DNA of 60,284 nucleotides from Candidatus Izemoplasma sp. Its GTDB lineage: Bacteria; Bacillota_I; Bacilli_A; Izemoplasmatales; Izemoplasmataceae. Position numbers and translations under genes: made by a program. Shown one piece after another: positions 30,634 to 39,231 of this stretch (position 1 is its first letter; each line of letters starts with the position of its first letter). The notes beneath the pieces are model-generated. The model was not told the origin of the DNA and searched no databases. It saw only the letters and a program-made list of their open reading frames with translations. The DNA lies in the NCBI GenBank assembly GCA_007116245.1, contig SKIW01000026.1, positions 1 to 60,284 on the forward strand. The letters are read 5' to 3'.

Positions 30634-30996
30634 ATGGCAGGATATCGTAAATTAAATCGCAGAAGCGATCAAAGAAAAGCGATGCTCCGTGACTTAGTTA
30701 CACAACTAATTATCCACGAACGCATCCAAACTACAGAAACTAAAGCCAAAGAACTTAGCCGTTTAATCGATAAAATGATTACCCTTGGCAAGAAAAACAC
30801 CCTTGCCTCAAGACGTCAAGCCGCAGAAACGGTTCGTTTTCTTGAAGCAGGCGAAAACCAAAACGCATTACAAAAACTCTTTGATGACATTGCACCACGT
30901 TTCAAAGAACGTAATGGTGGTTACACACGGATTTTAAAACTCGGTCCACGTCGTGGTGATTCAACGGATATGGCTATCATTGAGTTTGTTGAATAA
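30634..30996 (+). CDS. rplQ: 50S ribosomal protein L17
   Basis: [21 protein letters not shown]..., GGYTRILK. Confidence 0.97.
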   Translation: MAGYRKLNRRSDQRKAMLRDLVTQLIIHERIQTTETKAKELSRLIDKMITLGKKNTLASRRQAAETVRFLEAGENQNALQKLFDDIAPRFKERNGGYTRILKLGPRRGDSTDMAIIEFVE

Positions 30997-31008
30997 TTAA
31001 CATAAATA

Positions 31009-31041
31009 AAGGTGCTTTCAAGCTTGAAAGCACCTTTTTTA
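31009..31041 (+). terminator. Strong intrinsic terminator ending the alpha operon
   Basis: Perfect 11-bp stem GGTGCTTTCAA / TTGAAAGCACC (31011-31034), followed by T6. Confidence 0.85.
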
Positions 31042-31045
31042 TACA

Positions 31046-31094
31046 AATCAATCTAGTGATATAGATTGATTAATACCACTATTTACGATACAAT
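31046..31094 (+). promoter_or_regulatory. Promoter of the helicase gene, overlapped by a 10-bp perfect inverted repeat
   Basis: IR AATCAATCTA-gtgata-TAGATTGATT (31046-31071). The right arm contains the -35 TTGATT (31066-31071), followed by a 17-nt spacer and -10 TACAAT (31089-31094). Confidence 0.4.
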
Positions 31095-31128
31095 TATTTT
31101 ATGACAAAAACGCCCAAAAGGTGATAAT

Positions 31129-34100
31129 ATGCCCTTAAAAAAAGACTTATTACTTGAAGAATTAGCTTTTACACGCGATGAAATCATTGCGCATACATAC
31201 CACCAAAAAGGATACGTACCTGAGGTATGTAATGATCAAGCACTGCAAGAAATCGCCTCAAAAAAACCAACAAAAATTAGCGACTTTAAAGCTATTCAAG
31301 GATTAAACGACGCTTTTCTTGAACTTTATGCTGAGCGTTTTTTAAACGTGGTTTCAAAACATAAATCACAATCAATTCACGAAGTTTCAGTCTCAAAAAG
31401 TGCCAAAAAAACATTGAGTGAATATCAAGACAGACTAACAAATCTTTCAAGAAGGAACCGCAATTTATATACACCACGTGTCACACAGAAACATGCAGTA
31501 GATCTTTATCAAGAACATTTAATAGACAAAATCATTAAGTTTCTTTCAAACCCTAAGCAAAAAACGTTAAAACTAACGAACTATATAGAAGGTAATGAAC
31601 AAGATAGTTTTCATCGCTCACTAGTCGTATTACATCGTGAAATGCGTTACGTTAAAAAAGATAAAGGGTCTTATGACCTTTTTATAGCCTACCCATTTGT
31701 ACAAGGAAGACTGCCTAAAGATGATTTCTTTATAAAAGCACCTCTCTTATTCTTTCCAGTAACCCTAGAAAGAAAAGGATATGATTTCCACTTAACTAAA
31801 AATACGGAGAAAGATATATTAATAAATCGCGACTTAATTTTAGCTAATCACAAAATACATCGCTTCCACGATATCGATATACCCCCTACAATTGATCCGT
31901 TTTCAGTACAAGAATTTAACAAGAATATCTTAGAATACTACAAAGACCACCATATAATAATTCAAGGCGAAATAAATCCTAAAGAACCAATCATTCCGTT
32001 TGAGAACATCACATTGAACGATCTTCCAAAACGCACTTCTAAAAAACTCGTTCTTGAGTCAAATATCCTTCTAGGAAAATATACCATGTATACTTCGCAC
32101 ATCCAAGAAGACATTCACGAGATTATCCAAAGAAAATCCTACAATGATCTTCTAGAAACGCTGATAGATCGTCCTTTCCACTTATACGATTACCGAAATG
32201 CAGTCCCATTTAAGCAAACAGCACATCAAACTTTCACAGAAAAACAACTTAATTACATTAACGAAGTCAATTACGCACAAGAAAAAGTTTTATCATTGAT
32301 CGATGAGAATGATCAACTCGTTATCTGGGGACCGCCAGGAACAGGTAAATCACAAACCATTACTAATATAATCGCACATCAAATCGCAAAAAAAGAGAAT
32401 GTGCTAGTAGTATCGGAAAAGAAAGTCGCCCTAGATGTAATACTAGCAAGACTAAAAGAAGCATCTAACTACACCTTATTTATTGATGATGCCCAAAATA
32501 AGTCACAATTTTATTCACAGATCAAAGATGTCATGAATCCCCGACCTCCATCACGAACACAAAACAACGACCGCTATTCCATCGATTATCGCATTGATAA
32601 AATTATTCAACATTTACAAAACATCCAAAACACCTTTTATACACCTAATGGTTCTGATATAAAACCATATACGATATATCACAGATACTTAAAAGATAAT
32701 AAAATATCAGAAGATTTATTACCGGAAGATGTATATAAAACCTTTAAATCAAGATTCAAACACTTTAAGTTTGATGATTTTAAACAGTTAGAAATGCAGT
32801 TCGATGAGAAAAAATTACTTAAATCAATGTTTCTGTATACCCAATACATAGAAAGTTATCCTATTTTAAAACATATTAACATTCAACTCACACGTACAGA
32901 AAAACAAAAAAGGAACACATTATTAGATACACTTGAGACAAAAATAGAATCGCTTGAAAATGCCTCGTTTCTAAAAAGACGACGCATCGCAAAAACCATT
33001 ATTTCTCAACATAGCCGTGAAATCGATTACCTTTATACAAAGAAAAAACACACTAAAAAGTTTCTTAAGCTATTGCTTCGTGATCCCGCGCTTTTTATCA
33101 TTATGCGCAAGCATCATTCTCATTTTGAGCGCTACGAGCGTATTTATAACACCTTAACTAAAGATCAAAAAAACTATATCGAGATGCTTCGTAAAGACGA
33201 ACCTTTTAAAAACATTACCGACATCGAAAAACTCCACAATCACTTATTCGATTGCTACTACACAGGGTACATCGAACGATTTGAAGCATTAAATCAAAAA
33301 CACGTAGAATCATTGAATGAATACCAACAGCACCTCGAGGTCTTAAAGGATTTAATACAAATTAAAGAAGCGATGAACATCGATAATTTTAATATGGACT
33401 TATACCAGGAATCGCTTAACCTATCAAATACAAAGCGGAACATGGATATCAAAAGACACCTTGAAAGCAAACGTAAAAAATCAGTGAGAGACTTTATACA
33501 AGACTATCAACTCGAACTTTTTTCACACATAAAAGTGTGGTTAATGACCCCTGAAGTTGTTTCGGAAATTTTACCCTTAAATTACGCCATGTTTGATCTT
33601 GTGGTTTTCGACGAAGCAAGTCAATTATACGTAGAAAAAGCGATACCAACCATTTATCGTGCACGCAAAGTGGTTATTGCTGGTGATACCAAACAACTTA
33701 GACCATCAAGTTTAGGCTCAGGAAGGTATGACTCAAACGAAGATTTAGAAGAAGAAAACATTCCTATCGCTAAAGATGCAGAGTCATTGCTCGACTTAGC
33801 GCGCTATCAATATCCAGAAACCATATTAAATTATCACTATAGATCAAGTTTTGAGGAACTTATCGCATTTTCTAACTTTGCCTTTTACGAAGGCAAGCTC
33901 ATGGTTTCACCAAACGTCACAGTAGAGAAAAAACCTCCAATTGAATACCATGTCGTTGAAGATGGTGTTTGGGAAAATAGACGAAACATCAAAGAAGCGG
34001 AACAAGTCATCACTATCGTTAAAAAAATACTTAGAACACGCAAACAAAACGAATCGATAGGCATTATAACCTTCAACACCCAACAACGCACACAAATCGA

Positions 34101-34851
34101 AGATTTATTAGATATAGAGATCTACAAAAACTCACGCTATAGTAAAAAGCTACAAAAAGAACTAAATCGTAAAGAAAACGACGAAGACCAAAGTCTTTTC
34201 GTTAAAAACATCGAAAACGTACAAGGTGATGAACGCGATATTATTATCTTCTCAACAGCATACGCAAAAAATAAAGAAGGAAGATTTCTTAGACAATTTG
34301 GTTGGTTAAACAACGAAGGTGGACAAAATCGTCTAAACGTAGCAATCTCAAGAGCTAAAAAGAAAATCTACTTTATCACATCGTTTTATCCCGAAAACTT
34401 TAGAGTAGATGACTTAAAAGGTCAAGGACCTAAATTACTTAAACGATACATGGAGTACGCTTATGCAATCTCAGAAAAAGATCATAAGCAAGCAGAAAAT
34501 ATACTAAAATCTCTATACCAACAAAATACTGTCCAACAGAATCTAACAGAATCTTACCTTATCGAAAACGTCGAAAAACGTTTAAAAGCACTCGATTATA
34601 AACTCGAGAAAAACATTGGTATCGGAGGCTATTCGATTGATTTTGTACTTGTGGATAAGCAAACACACGAAAGAGTCCTTGGCATTATTTGTGAAGACCA
34701 CCGCAAAATGAACACCGATGTAAGAGACCAGTACTATCATCAAGAGAAATACTTAAACGCAAGAGGATGGACAATTTATCGAATCTTTGGGCCAAACTGG
34801 TTTAAAGACCCTAATAAAGAAATGAGAGACATCCGAAAACTGCTTAATTAA
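31129..34851 (+). CDS. Orphan 1240-aa multidomain protein: HRDC-like N-terminus, DUF4011-like region, Upf1-type SF1 helicase (AAA_11/AAA_12-like), C-terminal Vsr/REase-like (DUF559/MTES_1575-like) domain
   Basis: Walker A GPPGTGKSQT (nt 32329-32358) and Walker B VVFDEASQ (nt 33601-33624), separated by ~420 aa. YHYRSSFEELIAFSN, GIITFN, VQGDERDIIIFS, RLNVAISRAKKK helicase motifs. LTNLSRRNRNLY and APLLFFPVTLERK (DUF4011-like). C-terminus GYSIDFVLVD...ICED...RDQYYHQEKYLNARGWTIYRIF. Confidence 0.75.
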   Translation: MPLKKDLLLEELAFTRDEIIAHTYHQKGYVPEVCNDQALQEIASKKPTKISDFKAIQGLNDAFLELYAERFLNVVSKHKSQSIHEVSVSKSAKKTLSEYQDRLTNLSRRNRNLYTPRVTQKHAVDLYQEHLIDKIIKFLSNPKQKTLKLTNYIEGNEQDSFHRSLVVLHREMRYVKKDKGSYDLFIAYPFVQGRLPKDDFFIKAPLLFFPVTLERKGYDFHLTKNTEKDILINRDLILANHKIHRFHDIDIPPTIDPFSVQEFNKNILEYYKDHHIIIQGEINPKEPIIPFENITLNDLPKRTSKKLVLESNILLGKYTMYTSHIQEDIHEIIQRKSYNDLLETLIDRPFHLYDYRNAVPFKQTAHQTFTEKQLNYINEVNYAQEKVLSLIDENDQLVIWGPPGTGKSQTITNIIAHQIAKKENVLVVSEKKVALDVILARLKEASNYTLFIDDAQNKSQFYSQIKDVMNPRPPSRTQNNDRYSIDYRIDKIIQHLQNIQNTFYTPNGSDIKPYTIYHRYLKDNKISEDLLPEDVYKTFKSRFKHFKFDDFKQLEMQFDEKKLLKSMFLYTQYIESYPILKHINIQLTRTEKQKRNTLLDTLETKIESLENASFLKRRRIAKTIISQHSREIDYLYTKKKHTKKFLKLLLRDPALFIIMRKHHSHFERYERIYNTLTKDQKNYIEMLRKDEPFKNITDIEKLHNHLFDCYYTGYIERFEALNQKHVESLNEYQQHLEVLKDLIQIKEAMNIDNFNMDLYQESLNLSNTKRNMDIKRHLESKRKKSVRDFIQDYQLELFSHIKVWLMTPEVVSEILPLNYAMFDLVVFDEASQLYVEKAIPTIYRARKVVIAGDTKQLRPSSLGSGRYDSNEDLEEENIPIAKDAESLLDLARYQYPETILNYHYRSSFEELIAFSNFAFYEGKLMVSPNVTVEKKPPIEYHVVEDGVWENRRNIKEAEQVITIVKKILRTRKQNESIGIITFNTQQRTQIEDLLDIEIYKNSRYSKKLQKELNRKENDEDQSLFVKNIENVQGDERDIIIFSTAYAKNKEGRFLRQFGWLNNEGGQNRLNVAISRAKKKIYFITSFYPENFRVDDLKGQGPKLLKRYMEYAYAISEKDHKQAENILKSLYQQNTVQQNLTESYLIENVEKRLKALDYKLEKNIGIGGYSIDFVLVDKQTHERVLGIICEDHRKMNTDVRDQYYHQEKYLNARGWTIYRIFGPNWFKDPNKEMRDIRKLLN

Positions 34852-34873
34852 AAAAAGATTAATGAGGAAATTT

Positions 34874-34903
34874 TTAGCAATATAGAATAGAGTTTGATAT
34901 AAT
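34874..34903 (+). promoter_or_regulatory. Putative promoter of the ecfA1-ecfA2-ecfT-truA operon (extended -10)
   Basis: TTAGCA (34874-34879), 18-nt spacer, TGaTATAAT (-10 at 34898-34903). Confidence 0.4.
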
Positions 34904-34928
34904 AGATAAGGCCCTTAGGAGTGGTTTT

Positions 34929-35735
34929 ATGAATAGTATAGAAATTAAGGACGTATCGTTTCAATATCAATCAAATACACCGGTGTTACAAGACATTAAT
35001 TTGACAATAAAAAAAGGCGAATGGGTTACCATTTTAGGCCATAACGGTAGTGGAAAATCAACGCTATCAAAACTCATTATCGGACTTTTAAAAGCAAAAA
35101 CAGGTCAAATACTTGTAAATGGTATCGAGCTTAATCCAGAGACAGTTCAAGATATTCGCCAAAAAGTAGGTATCGTATTTCAAAACCCCGACAACCAATT
35201 CGTCGGGGTTACTGTACGTGATGATATCGCTTTTGGACTTGAAAACTTACAAGTACCTAGAGAAGATATGGTAGAACGCATCGAAAAATACGCTAAAAAA
35301 GTTAATATGTCGGACTTTTTAAACAAAGAACCACACGCACTTAGCGGCGGTCAAAAACAACGCGTCGCCATAGCGGGTATTTTAGCTATGAATACCGATA
35401 TCATCATTTTTGATGAAGCGACATCGATGTTAGACCCTAAAGGACGCAACATGGTCTTAGATACAATGAAACAATTAAGAAGTGAAGGGAAAACGATTAT
35501 TACCATTACACACACAATGAAAGAAGCCCTTTTAAGTGACCGGATTGTTGTTTTAAAACAAGGACGGATACTTAAAGTGGGCAACTCAAAAGATATATTA
35601 AAAGATAAAGAAACCCTTGAAAAATCCAACCTTGAAATGCTTTTACCCTTAAGAATACTATATGACCTTGAACAAACTAATTATTCCAATGAAAGGATTA
35701 AAAACCTCTTATGGGAATTAAGTTTAAGCGTGTAG
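34929..35735 (+). CDS. ecfA1: ECF transporter energy-coupling ATPase EcfA1
   Basis: GHNGSGKST Walker A, LSGGQKQRVAIA signature, IIIFDEATSMLD Walker B. First of two tandem ATPases followed by ecfT, downstream of the rplQ region as in Bacillus. Confidence 0.9.
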   Translation: MNSIEIKDVSFQYQSNTPVLQDINLTIKKGEWVTILGHNGSGKSTLSKLIIGLLKAKTGQILVNGIELNPETVQDIRQKVGIVFQNPDNQFVGVTVRDDIAFGLENLQVPREDMVERIEKYAKKVNMSDFLNKEPHALSGGQKQRVAIAGILAMNTDIIIFDEATSMLDPKGRNMVLDTMKQLRSEGKTIITITHTMKEALLSDRIVVLKQGRILKVGNSKDILKDKETLEKSNLEMLLPLRILYDLEQTNYSNERIKNLLWELSLSV

Positions 35736-36574
35736 ATTTTAAATATCAAGGGTTTGATGAAAAAGGGTATCTCGCATTATCTAACATTAATCTATCCATA
35801 AAACCAACAGGTGAGTTTATTACTTTAATTGGTGAAACAGGAAGCGGTAAATCCACACTCGTACAACATATGAACGCTCTACTCACACCTTCAAGTGGAG
35901 AAGTGGACATACTCGGTGCCATTATCAATCAAGAATCAATTAAAAAGAAAAAAATCAGATTGAATCCTATTCGTCAAAAAGTAGGACTCGTATTTCAATT
36001 TCCAGAGTACCAACTATTCGAAGAAACAGTTTTAAAAGATATTATCTTTGGACCCAAAAATTATGGCGTATCCGAACAAGAAGCAACTAAGCGCGCTAAA
36101 GAAATAATTAATATTGTCGGCCTTAACGAAAGTTACTTATCAAGAAGTCCCTTTAATCTAAGTGGGGGAGAAAAAAAACGTGTTAGCATCGCGGGAATAC
36201 TCGCGATGGATCCTGACATTTTAATTCTCGATGAACCAACCAGTGGTCTCGATCCAGTTGGACGGGATGAACTTCTTAAAGTCTTTTTTGACATTCATGA
36301 AAAACTGAATAAAACAGTTATTATTATTACCCATGACATGAATACCGTTTATCACTACGCTAAACGGGTATTAGTAATGCGCGATAGCTATCTCGTATAT
36401 GATGGCGATCCAGTCGATCTTTTTACGAAAAAGAATATCGAACACTGGAACCTCGACACACCGGATTTATTAAAACTTACTTACGAAATTGAAGACCACC
36501 TAAAAAAACCATTTAAAATAAGACCTAGAACACAAGCACAACTCCTTGAAATGCTAAAGGAGGTTGAAGCATGA
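35711..36574 (+). CDS. ecfA2: ECF transporter energy-coupling ATPase EcfA2
   Basis: GETGSGKST, LSGGEKKRVSIA, ILILDEPTSGLD. Overlaps ecfA1 by 25 nt. Confidence 0.9.
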   Translation: MGIKFKRVDFKYQGFDEKGYLALSNINLSIKPTGEFITLIGETGSGKSTLVQHMNALLTPSSGEVDILGAIINQESIKKKKIRLNPIRQKVGLVFQFPEYQLFEETVLKDIIFGPKNYGVSEQEATKRAKEIINIVGLNESYLSRSPFNLSGGEKKRVSIAGILAMDPDILILDEPTSGLDPVGRDELLKVFFDIHEKLNKTVIIITHDMNTVYHYAKRVLVMRDSYLVYDGDPVDLFTKKNIEHWNLDTPDLLKLTYEIEDHLKKPFKIRPRTQAQLLEMLKEVEA

Positions 36575-37536
36575 AAAATATTGTAATCGGACGTTATATT
36601 CCAGGGAATACCTTCCTTTATAAAATGGACCCAAGAACTAAAATAATTGCTCTAATCATCCTTATGGTATCGGTATTTATTATTCGTTCATTTACATTTA
36701 TGCTCGGAAGTCTCGGGATTATTATCATTGTTTTACTCATCGGAAAAATAAGTGTAAAACGCGTATACTTAGGGTTAAGACCATTAATGTTTTTACTTAT
36801 ATTTACGTTTGTATTTCAAATCCTATTTAACACGCAAGGGGAATTACTGATTGAACGGACACTTTACTACACACTATACACAATACCGATAACCATACTT
36901 ATCATTACATTTTGGATATTTACTAAACGATATATTCGATTTAAACTTCTTTACTTCTTACTCGTACTAACATCAATCGTATACGTACTTACAACACTAG
37001 ATCTCGGGTACACTATAGGACAAGGTGAACTCTCAATCTATTCCCAAGGTGTCGAAATGGCGTTTTTCATTATGATTAGATTAATAATCATCGTAACGCT
37101 ATCTACAATACTTACACTCACGACAAAACCAACCGACTTAAATTTAGGGTTAGAATCAGTACTAAAACCACTCAAAATATTTAGAGTAAACACCGAAGAA
37201 ATCGCGATGATTTTAGCGATTAGTTTACGGTATATTCCAACCTTACTCGATGAAGCCAACAAAATCATGTTAGCACAAGCAAGTCGCGGCGTCGACTTTA
37301 GCGAAGGAAAACTAAAAGATAAAGTCATGCAGATTGTATCATTATTAGTACCAATGTTCATTATCTCCTTTAAACGAAGTGATGATCTAGCAAACGCGAT
37401 GGAAGCACGCTCCTTCGTTCCAGGTAGACCAAGAACACGTCTACAAGTATTAAAGTGGACACGTCTAGATACAATAACACTAGGCATAACATTTATCGCA
37501 CTAATAACATCAATTAGCTTAAGGATTTTCTTATGA
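36571..37536 (+). CDS. ecfT: ECF transporter transmembrane component EcfT (enlarged, 321 aa)
   Basis: DPRTKI near the N-terminus, conserved ARSF coupling-helix motif (AMEARSF), multiple TM segments. Follows ecfA1/A2. Confidence 0.85.
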   Translation: MKNIVIGRYIPGNTFLYKMDPRTKIIALIILMVSVFIIRSFTFMLGSLGIIIIVLLIGKISVKRVYLGLRPLMFLLIFTFVFQILFNTQGELLIERTLYYTLYTIPITILIITFWIFTKRYIRFKLLYFLLVLTSIVYVLTTLDLGYTIGQGELSIYSQGVEMAFFIMIRLIIIVTLSTILTLTTKPTDLNLGLESVLKPLKIFRVNTEEIAMILAISLRYIPTLLDEANKIMLAQASRGVDFSEGKLKDKVMQIVSLLVPMFIISFKRSDDLANAMEARSFVPGRPRTRLQVLKWTRLDTITLGITFIALITSISLRIFL

Positions 37537-38492
37537 GTTACGACATATTAACTAATATGTTATCTCAGGACTGTGCCCTAAAATTTAACGAAGATGTGTA
37601 TTTTGACAATGACAGAATTAGTAAAATTCTTAAAGAAATCAAAATTAAGTCATCAAAACCATATCTTTCCTATGAACTAGTCGAAGCGGAATCTAATCAA
37701 ACACCACTTATTGGTAAAATAAAGTACCAAGATAAAAAAATCGTTAGTGTAGTACTTGAGTCGATCAATAACGTATCCCGTTATCGAGTTGACCTATCCT
37801 ATGACGGAACAAACTACAAAGGATTTCAAAAACAACCCCACAACACTACGATTCAAGATACACTCGAAAAATGCTTAACACACCTTTGTCAAGAAACCAT
37901 CCTAATTCACCCCGCCTCAAGAACGGATGCACATGTACATGCTTTACACCAAGTCATTCATTTCGATACATCATCATCAATATCTAAAGAAACCTTGATA
38001 AAACAACTCAACTATATGTTGCCAAGAGATATACGTGCGATATCTATAGAAAATGTACCACAAGTATTCCATGCGCGTTACGATACTATAAAAAAAACAT
38101 ATCAATACATCCTAACAAAAGAAACCAATCCACTTAAAGCACACTACACGCATTACATTCACGATTTTAATAAGGAAAAAGCGTTATCAATCCTTAATAC
38201 AGTTATCGGAACCCATGACTTCAAAAACTTTTCAAAATCACAAGAAAACATCAATACAACACGCACAATTCAGCAAGTAAAGATTATTGAACAGCCTTCC
38301 AAATACATAATAGAAATCACGGGTGATGGCTTTTTAAGACATATGGTACGTATGCTTATCGGACACCTTTTATACGAACTTACACACCAAAAAAACACCT
38401 TTAAAGAAGCGCTAAATAATCCACTAAAGGCGCATCGTAAATATTTAGCACCACCACAAGCACTATACTTAAAAACCATCGCATACAAATAA
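37533..38492 (+). CDS. truA: tRNA pseudouridine(38-40) synthase TruA with an ~82-aa N-terminal extension
   Basis: Core starts at RYRVDLSYDGTNYKGFQKQ (aa ~83). ASRTDAHVHA catalytic Asp motif, GDGFLRHMVR. ATG overlaps the ecfT stop (ATGA). Confidence 0.88.
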   Translation: MSYDILTNMLSQDCALKFNEDVYFDNDRISKILKEIKIKSSKPYLSYELVEAESNQTPLIGKIKYQDKKIVSVVLESINNVSRYRVDLSYDGTNYKGFQKQPHNTTIQDTLEKCLTHLCQETILIHPASRTDAHVHALHQVIHFDTSSSISKETLIKQLNYMLPRDIRAISIENVPQVFHARYDTIKKTYQYILTKETNPLKAHYTHYIHDFNKEKALSILNTVIGTHDFKNFSKSQENINTTRTIQQVKIIEQPSKYIIEITGDGFLRHMVRMLIGHLLYELTHQKNTFKEALNNPLKAHRKYLAPPQALYLKTIAYK

Positions 38493-38514
38493 TGTGTTCA
38501 AAGAACACATTTTT
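38493..38514 (+). terminator. Intrinsic terminator after truA
   Basis: TGTGTTC-aaa-GAACACA 7-bp stem, followed by TTTTT. Confidence 0.7.
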
Positions 38515-38596
38515 ATCTAAATAGAAGTAGATACTTTATTTAAAATTCACACCAAATGTGCGATAATAAATAAAAGAGCTGAAGGAGTTGACAACG

Positions 38597-39220
38597 ATGA
38601 AAGGGATATTTATCACATTTGAAGGACCCGAAGGTTCAGGAAAAACATCCGTTATAAAAGCCGTTGAGGAAAGACTTAAACAACAAAATAAGAATGTTTT
38701 AATGACGCGTGAACCTGGCGGAATCCGCATTGCAGAACTGATTAGAAACATTATACTCGATGTCGATAATGTTGAAATGGATTTAACTACAGAAGCACTC
38801 CTTTTCGCTGCATCCCGACGTCAACACATCGTAGAAAAGATTTGGCCTGCGCTTAATGAAGGCAAAATCGTTTTATGCGATCGATTTGTCGATAGTAGTT
38901 TAGCGTATCAAGGTGTAGGAAGAGAACTTGGTATCGACCGCGTCTACGCGATAAATCAATACGCCATTGAAGGATGCCTTCCCGATTTAACAATCTTTAT
39001 CGATGTGCCACCCAGCATCGGATTAAAACGCGTATTTTCAAATGGTCGTAAAGTAGATAGACTCGATTTAGAAACCATTAAGTTTCATGAAAAAGTATAT
39101 TTAGGTTATCACGAACTTATCAATAAATTTCCCGACCGCATAAAAGTAGTTGACGGAACACAAACCATTGACAAAGTCGTTGAGAATTCATTGGAATGGA
39201 TCTATAAGATTATCAAATGA
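38597..39220 (+). CDS. tmk: Thymidylate kinase
   Basis: MKGIFITFEGPEGSGKTS P-loop, DRFVDSSLAYQG. ATG at 38597 follows GAAGGAG. Confidence 0.93.
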   Translation: MKGIFITFEGPEGSGKTSVIKAVEERLKQQNKNVLMTREPGGIRIAELIRNIILDVDNVEMDLTTEALLFAASRRQHIVEKIWPALNEGKIVLCDRFVDSSLAYQGVGRELGIDRVYAINQYAIEGCLPDLTIFIDVPPSIGLKRVFSNGRKVDRLDLETIKFHEKVYLGYHELINKFPDRIKVVDGTQTIDKVVENSLEWIYKIIK

Positions 39221-39231
39221 GGTGAAACACT

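Noticed and set aside
37038-37487. 149-aa minus-strand ORF antisense to ecfT.
   Set aside because: It is embedded in ecfT, has no ribosome-binding site and no recognisable motif. It is an antisense-frame artefact.
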